From the IMG/VR virus record IMGVR_UViG_3300022916_000005: 64,000 nucleotides of DNA. One strand, 5' to 3'. The notes beneath the pieces are model-generated. The model was not told the DNA's origin, searched no databases, and worked only from the letters and a program-made list of their open reading frames with translations. Positions 57,831 through 64,000 of the stretch are shown one piece after another. Every line of letters starts with the position of its first letter. Position 1 is the stretch's first letter. The DNA comes from a virus. The position numbers and the translations under genes are program-made.

Positions 57831-58450
57831 AAAATAAAAATAAAAATAACAGCAGCAGTAACAATCATTTAGATCGAATTAATGCACTTCTTATTGATAA
57901 GCTTGAATATCTTGATGACAAAACAAAAGAAGTATTGACATCTTTTGAGAATCATGTTACAAATAGAGGGAGCTTAACGATGAATCAAGAAAAATGGTTC
58001 ATCAAGATGGAAGAAGAATATAGTGATGAGAATATCGCTATTATGGATGAATGGGAATATGGAGACGAAGAAAAAGAAAACGCTACAATTGCTGCACATT
58101 ACAATTCTGCGGGAAGATGGCACACAGATCTGTCAGCTAAGATTCTGATCGATTATGTTCCAACATACACGGAATATAGAAGCTTGACAGAGAATTCTTA
58201 TGCCAAGAAAGTAATTGAAGAAACAAAGAAGACTCCTAGATTTGCAGTTGGTAATTTGGTTCAAGCAAGGGCAACAGCAAGCTTGGGATATAAAAATAAA
58301 CCAGGGATGATTGTAAAGATAGTTAATGATCCTATTCTTGTTTCTGCTCGTGGAGCAAAAGAATATATGGTAAAGTTTTATCATGGCCCTCTTTTGACAG
58401 TTCAAGAGAGGTGGCTAAAATTTCAAAAGGGAGAAAAGAAGGGGAAATAA
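57827..58450 (+). CDS. Hypothetical protein with C-terminal KOW-like domain
   Basis: 207 aa, with PRFAVGNLVQ...PGMIV...VQERWLK at the C-terminus. Confidence 0.7.
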   Translation: MKNKNKNNSSSNNHLDRINALLIDKLEYLDDKTKEVLTSFENHVTNRGSLTMNQEKWFIKMEEEYSDENIAIMDEWEYGDEEKENATIAAHYNSAGRWHTDLSAKILIDYVPTYTEYRSLTENSYAKKVIEETKKTPRFAVGNLVQARATASLGYKNKPGMIVKIVNDPILVSARGAKEYMVKFYHGPLLTVQERWLKFQKGEKKGK

Positions 58451-58672
58451 ATGAATTTAATAACAATACAAGAAGAAGAAAATCCACCAGAAACAGTGTA
58501 TCTGCCAGCGAACACATTGGTTCTAAATAAGGACAATAGCCTTGAATTTTATACAGAAGGGGAACCACAAACGGCAATTATGATCAATTGGATGGAAAAT
58601 TATAGAAAGTGTTTGGTAATGATAAAACACAACAGATTAGTTTACGTAGACAAAAATAAAATATATAAATAA
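58451..58672 (+). CDS. Hypothetical protein
   Basis: 73-aa ORF with an RBS. Confidence 0.6.
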   Translation: MNLITIQEEENPPETVYLPANTLVLNKDNSLEFYTEGEPQTAIMINWMENYRKCLVMIKHNRLVYVDKNKIYK

Positions 58673-58684
58673 AAAGGAGATATA

Positions 58685-58951
58685 ATGGTCAATTTAACAA
58701 GAGTAGTAAAAATTACAACGTACGATTGTTCTGGAGAAAGTTGCTATAGATTAAGCTCGATTGATGTGAACCCGAAAAATGTAGAAACAATTGAAGAAGA
58801 TGTGTCGATGACTAATCTTCATAGTAAAACTCCGATTAGTAAAGAGATTGATAAGTATGCAAGGTTTACCAAAATTGCATTAACAAGCGGAAAAGAAATC
58901 ACAGTAATCGGGGAAAATGGCAAAATTTTAAGCAAAATCAAACTAGGATAA
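58685..58951 (+). CDS. Small protein, FlbD-like fold candidate
   Basis: IDVNPKNVETIEE...TKIALTSGKEITVIG, with an AAGGAG RBS. Confidence 0.5.
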   Translation: MVNLTRVVKITTYDCSGESCYRLSSIDVNPKNVETIEEDVSMTNLHSKTPISKEIDKYARFTKIALTSGKEITVIGENGKILSKIKLG

Positions 58952-58958
58952 TCAAAAG

Positions 58959-59369
58959 ATGAAATGGTATCAGATCTTCTCAGATGGAACCGTTATTTAT
59001 GATGATGATTTAAAACAGGATACGATATACCCTGACGGTTGTTCCATTGAAATTCCAACAAAATCTTTGAGATGGTTTAAGAACAACAAGCTTCATCGAG
59101 ATGGTGGTCCTGCCGCCGTTTATACCGATGGTACCAAACATTGGTTTCAAAATGGCAAACATCACCGCATTGACGGCCCTGCCATTGAACGTGCCAATGG
59201 TGACAAATTTTGGTATCAAAATGGCAAACATCACCGCATTGACGGCCCTGCCTGTGAATATGCCAATGGTGGCAAATATTGGTACATCGAAGGGATCAAA
59301 TACACAAAGGAAGGACATCAAATTGTTGTCGATTCAATGACAAAGGAGAATGAGAATGAAAACACCTGA
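58959..59369 (+). CDS. HRxDGPA 23-aa repeat protein (3 units)
   Basis: N-cap YQIFSDGTVIY, units at 59073-59279, C-cap WYIEGIKY. Confidence 0.9.
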   Translation: MKWYQIFSDGTVIYDDDLKQDTIYPDGCSIEIPTKSLRWFKNNKLHRDGGPAAVYTDGTKHWFQNGKHHRIDGPAIERANGDKFWYQNGKHHRIDGPACEYANGGKYWYIEGIKYTKEGHQIVVDSMTKENENENT

Positions 59370-59565
59370 TTACAGTACGTATATTGTTTTTGCAGATGGT
59401 GTAGTTGTTTTCCCTAGAAATTGTAGTTCACTTTCTAGGATCAATCCTTCTTCGTGGAATATTGTCAATTCAAAGTACGAAGTGTTTATTTATTGTGTAG
59501 ATGGGAAGACAGTGACAAAAAAGGTGTGGATAAAGTCTAACCTTTCTTGTGATGAAGAAACGTAA
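59350..59565 (+). CDS. Small protein, possible repeat-less relative of HRxDGPA family
   Basis: YIVFADGVVVF resembles the N-cap and YCVDGKTV resembles the C-cap. Confidence 0.55.
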   Translation: MRMKTPDYSTYIVFADGVVVFPRNCSSLSRINPSSWNIVNSKYEVFIYCVDGKTVTKKVWIKSNLSCDEET

Positions 59566-59621
59566 TTCAAAACTATTTATATCGTATGAATAAGCATTCA
59601 AAATAAGGATGAACATGCGAT

Positions 59622-59882
59622 ATGAACGAACATGACTTTGATGAAAAAGAATTATATGAATGGATTGGTTCTGTAAAAGAATCTTTGTCAACATTAAAAG
59701 AAAATTCATTAGATGTAAAAGATCAGATAACAAAGTTGGCAACCAGTGTCAGCGTATTGTGTACCAAACATGCTACTTTAGAAAATGACGTTAAGAACAA
59801 GGCAAGATTTTGGGGAGCGATTGCTTCGGGTGTTGTAAGTGTTGGAATGGGTCTCATTTTCGTCCTAATAAAAATCGTATAA
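59622..59882 (+). CDS. Coiled-coil protein with C-terminal TM helix (holin/XhlA-like candidate)
   Basis: Heptad-rich N-terminus and a hydrophobic C-terminal helix, preceded by CTATTTA (59573). Confidence 0.55.
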   Translation: MNEHDFDEKELYEWIGSVKESLSTLKENSLDVKDQITKLATSVSVLCTKHATLENDVKNKARFWGAIASGVVSVGMGLIFVLIKIV

Positions 59883-60057
59883 AAACAGCAGCATAAGGAG
59901 TATAACGATATGGATATATTATTCATTATTGTATTTATTATTGCATTGACACATATAGAACAAGAACGAAATAACAACAAATATAAAGAAGAATGTAAAA
60001 CATCAAGAGCGGCAAGATTACTTAACAGACACTACCCAGATCGTCAATAGAACTACC

Positions 60058-60086
60058 TTGACAACCCTTTCAGTTTGAGATATAAT
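60058..60086 (+). promoter_or_regulatory. Sigma70 early promoter of cassette B
   Basis: TTGACA-17 nt-TATAAT, perfect consensus. The leader nearly matches cassette A. Confidence 0.88.
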
Positions 60087-60116
60087 AAGACATAAATTGA
60101 TACAGGTAGGTCTAAA

Positions 60117-60359
60117 ATGTTAGGTTATTTTCTTATTGGTTTGATTATCTTTTCGTTAATTTATGCAATTTGGGGAGAAATCGATCTAAATAAAAGAATT
60201 GAAGAATGCAAATGTCCAGAATGTAACGTAAACTTTATGATCTTTGCAAAAATTCATAGTGTTGCGTTTGTGCAGTGTCCAAAGTGTGGATTGCATAATC
60301 AGTATGTTAGTAGGTATACCATCAAAGATTTTGAAAAGCGTTACAACAATGGCATTTAA
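60117..60359 (+). CDS. Membrane-anchored Zn-ribbon protein (cassette B)
   Basis: N-terminal hydrophobic helix, then CPEC...CPKC. Paralog of 57058. Confidence 0.78.
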   Translation: MLGYFLIGLIIFSLIYAIWGEIDLNKRIEECKCPECNVNFMIFAKIHSVAFVQCPKCGLHNQYVSRYTIKDFEKRYNNGI

Positions 60360-60756
60360 TTCTTACCAAATATGGGCAGATGGCACCGTCATTTATGATG
60401 GCGATTATGATACTCCAAAGCCTGACGGTTGTGCCATTGGTATCCCAGACAAGGCAATTGCTTGGTATCAAAATAACAAGTATCACCGCATTGACGGCCC
60501 TGCCGTTGAATGTGCCAGTGGTGACAAATTTTGGTATCAAAATGGCGAGTATCACCGCATTGACGGCCCTGCCATTGAATATATCAATGGTACCAAATAT
60601 TGGTTTCAAAATGGCAAACATCACCGCATTGACGGCCCTGCCCGCGAATATGCCAATGGTGAAAAATATTGGTACATTGAAGGTGTCTGTTATTTCGAGC
60701 ACAAATACAACATCAAGATGAAAACTTATCACAATGAAAAAGAAAAAGAAGCATAA
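60349..60756 (+). CDS. HRxDGPA 23-aa repeat protein (3 units)
   Basis: N-cap YQIWADGTVIY, units at 60463-60669, C-cap WYIEGVCY. Confidence 0.9.
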   Translation: MAFNSYQIWADGTVIYDGDYDTPKPDGCAIGIPDKAIAWYQNNKYHRIDGPAVECASGDKFWYQNGEYHRIDGPAIEYINGTKYWFQNGKHHRIDGPAREYANGEKYWYIEGVCYFEHKYNIKMKTYHNEKEKEA

Positions 60757-60879
60757 CCCATACAACGTCTTGAAAGGGAAGATTAGAGAGGATCACTTCA
60801 AAGATGGTGGAACTTTGGCAGAATGGCGAGGAAAAGCAGCAACATTCCCAGATAAAAAGAAAAAGGAGAGTAAAAACAA

Positions 60880-63189
60880 ATGCAGAGGAAAATTACGTAT
60901 TCCTTCAAAATAGGTGACATCATCTTTGACCAACTTAGTGGATGTCATCTTGTCGTGGTCAAAAAAGATGAATATGGAAATTTTATCCTACAGTCATTAA
61001 CGACAAAATATAGATTACCGATGCCTCCTACAGATTGGTTTGATGAATTCATTCTTATTTTTGAGACAAAAGATGAAGAATAAAAAAGTCAGTCACTACA
61101 ATCTACATGACATCATTTGGGATGATTATCTTGGTGGATATTACTTCGTTGTCAAAATGATTAATAAAAATGCTATACTTGGAGAAAGAATTTCAAACAG
61201 ATTAGATGAGGGTGATAATCAAATATCTGTCCTTCTTAGCGAATGGCTTGAGGAATTTACATTAATATCGAGGATCCCAAAATGAAATTTCCAAGATTAC
61301 AAAAAGATGATATTATTCTATGGTATAACGTTAATAAAAGCTTTCACAAAACGTATCTTGTCAATACTATATGTGTGGTTTCTTCCGTTTGTGGTGAGGA
61401 ACAGTATGAGACAAACAGAGGAGGGACTCTTTATCGCAGAGATCTGATCGATTATGTAAACTTAACAAACCAAAAAACAAATTGGCGCATTTTGTTTATC
61501 TTTTCAAAAGAGAAGGGGATCGTTTGGCAAAGCGATTGGAGAGTAACATGAATACTGATGAAGTAGCGACCCTTTTTTGTGAAGAAGGAGACATCCTTAG
61601 ATATTCGTATTTAAATGGCGAGACCTATTATTGCTATATAACTTCTGTCAAAGATGGCTATGCAAGAGGAATTCGTTGTGGTGGTAGAGTTGGTGGACCT
61701 TACATGTTTTATGAGAATTGTATTTCGATTGGTAAATGGAAATTGGTGGCAAGATTGTCTGATGGAGAATAAGATGTATCATTCCGTTATTCTAAAAAAG
61801 TACAAACACTTGAGACAAAAAGTAAGACAGAATATTCACAAATATGTTCCAAAGAAGTATCATAAACATATTCAGTATTTGATCAATAAGAAGATTCTAT
61901 AACAACAAAAGGAGGTAACAAGCATGAAGCGATTTATGATTCCAAGAATTGCAAACTGTTGCAACGGTTCTATAATTTGGGCTGGCATCCCATCAACTGC
62001 CAAATTCTTCCATTGACCATCCGTTCAGAATGGGTTATAATCTACCTATGAAAGACAAAAAAGTACACATTTAAAGATGTTGCTTAGTAAAACTGATTGG
62101 AGAATCTTGGTCAAATATGAAAACTGATTACAAAATGAAGTTCAAAGATGTGGCAATTGGTGATATCTTTTATACCAAGTTTTTTGGACCTTTTTTTATT
62201 GTAGAAGTTATCAAACAAGAGAGAGGATATTATAAAAATAAATATGTCATTCGCACTCCAAAAGGGATTGATTACGCATATGCCAATGATGACGAAAGGG
62301 TAAATTGGTTTAAGATTAAGACATCAGACTACTATGCAAAAGTGAAATCTGACAAAGAACAGGATACGAAATAAAATGTCATCATTTATTCCAAAAAAAC
62401 ATTCAATTCTTAAGATCCAAGATTCTCTTTTTCACAACCCATCCACGCATAGTCTTATCTTTGTTCTTGAACGTTATGAGGATGGATTATGCAAAAGACA
62501 AAATTGTGAAACTCCATGTAATCGAAACGTGTCTCCTTTAGAAAGTGATGACCCTATTACTATTGTCTATATAATGTCTGGGAAGGATAAGGGTACTACA
62601 AAATGTTGGTCATCTTATGCCTTCAATCATGTAGAGAAAGTTACAACTATTTTTGAGATAGATCAAGATGAAGTATAAAGACATCAAGGTAGGAGATATA
62701 TTTCGTGTCATTAATAATGATAAGACTTTTTCTACGACTCCTTTTCTAATTAATTTTGTCATGGAGACTTCGGCACCTTATTTCGAAATTGGATACATAT
62801 TGGTTGGTTCTCATCTTGGCAGATTAAGTCTTAATAAAGAAGATGGTGTACGGTGGCACAGAGTTGCAACATCATATGACAGAGAGAGGAATAGGATGAG
62901 TCGTAGTGTAAAAAAGAATGCCGTTCATTCTTTTACAACTAGAGGTTCGAGAGCAGGAGCACAAAAAAAGTGGAAAAAGGGAAATAACAAGAAAAGTAGG
63001 CGTGATGTAAATGAAATCACCAAACTTGTTTCTTTGTTGACGGAAGAGGGAATCGACGAAGTTGAAGATAAACTTGATCTGCCATTGACAAGAAAGAAAA
63101 AGACTGGAGACATTTGGGATTCTCCTTGTGATGGAAAGACACGAGTATATCAAGATGAAGATTATTACGAAGAGGCACTAAGAAAGTGA
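60880..63189 (+). other. Array 7 of small ORFs, mostly SH3/KOW-like (60880, 61073, 61282, 61548, 62117, 62376, 62668)
   Basis: FKIGDII, YNLHDII, LQKDDII, EEGDIL, VAIGDIF and IKVGDIF starts. Confidence 0.65.
62013..62041 (+). promoter_or_regulatory. Sigma70-type early promoter
   Basis: TTGACC-17 nt-TATAAT, heading the run of genes that ends in the 9-unit repeat gene. Confidence 0.75.
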
Positions 63190-63986
63190 TCAAGCTATAT
63201 CAAATTTGGGCAGATGGCACCGTTATTTACGATGACGATCATGATACTCCAAAGCCTGACGGTTGTGCCATTGGTATCCCAGACAAGACAATCACTTGGT
63301 ATCAAAATGGCAAACTTCACCGCACTGACGGCCCTGCCATTGAATATGCCAATGGTGACAAATCTTGGTATCAAAATAGCAAACTTTACCGCATTGACGG
63401 CCCTGCCATTGAATATGCCAATGGTGACAAACATTGGTATCAAAATGGCAAGCGTCACCGCATTGACGGCCCTGCCGTTGAACATGCCAATGGTGACAAA
63501 TCTTGGTGTCAAAATGACAAGTGTCACCGCATTGACGGCCCTGCCGTTGAATTTGCCAATGGCGACAAATCTTGGTACATTGATGGCAAGTGTCACCGCA
63601 TTGACGGCCCTGCCATTGAACATGCCAATGGTGCCAAATATTGGTATCAAAATGACACACTTCACCGCATTGACGGCCCTGCCGCCATTTATGTCAATGG
63701 TACCAAACATTGGTTTCAAAATGGCAAATATCACCGCATTGACGGCCCTGCCCGCGAATATGCCAATGGTGGCAAAGAATGGTATCAAAATAACAAGCGT
63801 CACCGCATTGACGGCCCTGCCATTGAATCTGCCAATGGTGCCAAATTTTGGTATCAAAATAACAAGCGTCACCGCATTGACGGCCCTGCCATTGAACATG
63901 TCAATGGTGACAAATCTTGGTACATTGATGGGAAGCGCTATTCCGAGCATGACTACAACATCAAAATAAGGAAACTAAATGATTAA
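63186..63986 (+). CDS. HRxDGPA 23-aa repeat protein (9 units)
   Basis: GTG start overlapping the previous stop, N-cap, nine 69-bp units, C-cap WYIDGKRYSEHDY. Confidence 0.92.
   Translation: MIKLYQIWADGTVIYDDDHDTPKPDGCAIGIPDKTITWYQNGKLHRTDGPAIEYANGDKSWYQNSKLYRIDGPAIEYANGDKHWYQNGKRHRIDGPAVEHANGDKSWCQNDKCHRIDGPAVEFANGDKSWYIDGKCHRIDGPAIEHANGAKYWYQNDTLHRIDGPAAIYVNGTKHWFQNGKYHRIDGPAREYANGGKEWYQNNKRHRIDGPAIESANGAKFWYQNNKRHRIDGPAIEHVNGDKSWYIDGKRYSEHDYNIKIRKLND
63297..63917 (+). repeat. 9 x 69-bp tandem repeat
   Basis: Same consensus as 57423-57767. The core TGACGGCCCTGCC is invariant across all nine units. Confidence 0.97.
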
Positions 63987-64000
63987 TAATGAAGTAAAAT

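Noticed and set aside
57423-63917. 69-bp repeats as a CRISPR array
   Set aside because: The units are contiguous, in-frame and coding, with no unique spacers. No cas genes are present.
63195-63969. Long +1-frame and antisense ORFs over the repeat genes (also 57240-57864, 59010-59340, 60322-60765)
   Set aside because: A stop-free 69-bp unit with C/T third positions keeps several frames open automatically. I saw no RBS or promoter support, so I treat these as shadows of the real genes.
1-64000. Complete DGR (RT, Avd, template repeat)
   Set aside because: I found no reverse transcriptase motif or non-coding template copy in this window. The idea is kept only as a hypothesis.
1-64000. Stop-codon reassignment
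   Set aside because: Long conserved genes are intact in the standard code, and TAG, TGA and TAA all end genes at sensible positions (for example recA ends in TAG).
1-64000. tRNA, rRNA or group I introns
   Set aside because: Intergenic gaps are short with no cloverleaf or T-loop signatures noticed by eye, and core genes are uninterrupted apart from the intein. A tRNAscan/Infernal run would be needed to be sure.

Overview
A 64-kb segment of a large, AT-rich, T4-superfamily-like myophage genome. All convincing genes are on the + strand and translate with the standard code. The first ~21 kb are a virion module: gp23-like major capsid (5'-truncated), neck proteins, tail terminator, sheath, tube, tail chaperone with a likely +1 frameshift, tape measure and baseplate, with a Hef-like homing endonuclease and an ATP-dependent ligase inserted. 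From ~22 to 56 kb are replication, nucleotide and proteostasis genes: a minimal PolA-like polymerase, a divergent tubulin/FtsZ-like protein, gp32-like SSB, RecA, a 5'-3' exonuclease, an M15 peptidase, ThyX, a GIY-YIG endonuclease, an intein-containing DnaB-like helicase, NrdJ, GroES-like protein, an MT-A70 methylase, DnaE, dUTPase, ClpP and GroEL. Two accessory systems stand out. (1) A dispersed five-gene family is built from a near-identical 69-bp/23-aa repeat (WYQNGKxHRIDGPAxExANGxKx; 2, 5, 3, 3 and 9 units). Its variation is confined to a few non-synonymous codons, and exact blocks are shuffled between paralogs. Two copies sit in a duplicated early cassette behind a membrane-anchored Zn-ribbon gene. 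(2) Roughly 35-40 tiny 'KVGDI' SH3/KOW-like paralogs lie in seven tandem arrays, several driven by consensus sigma70 promoters, and one carries a helix resembling the major capsid protein. A candidate late-promoter motif (CTA(T/A)TTA) precedes structural genes. I found no tRNA, rRNA, CRISPR array or reverse transcriptase. All family assignments come from motif recognition, not database searches.
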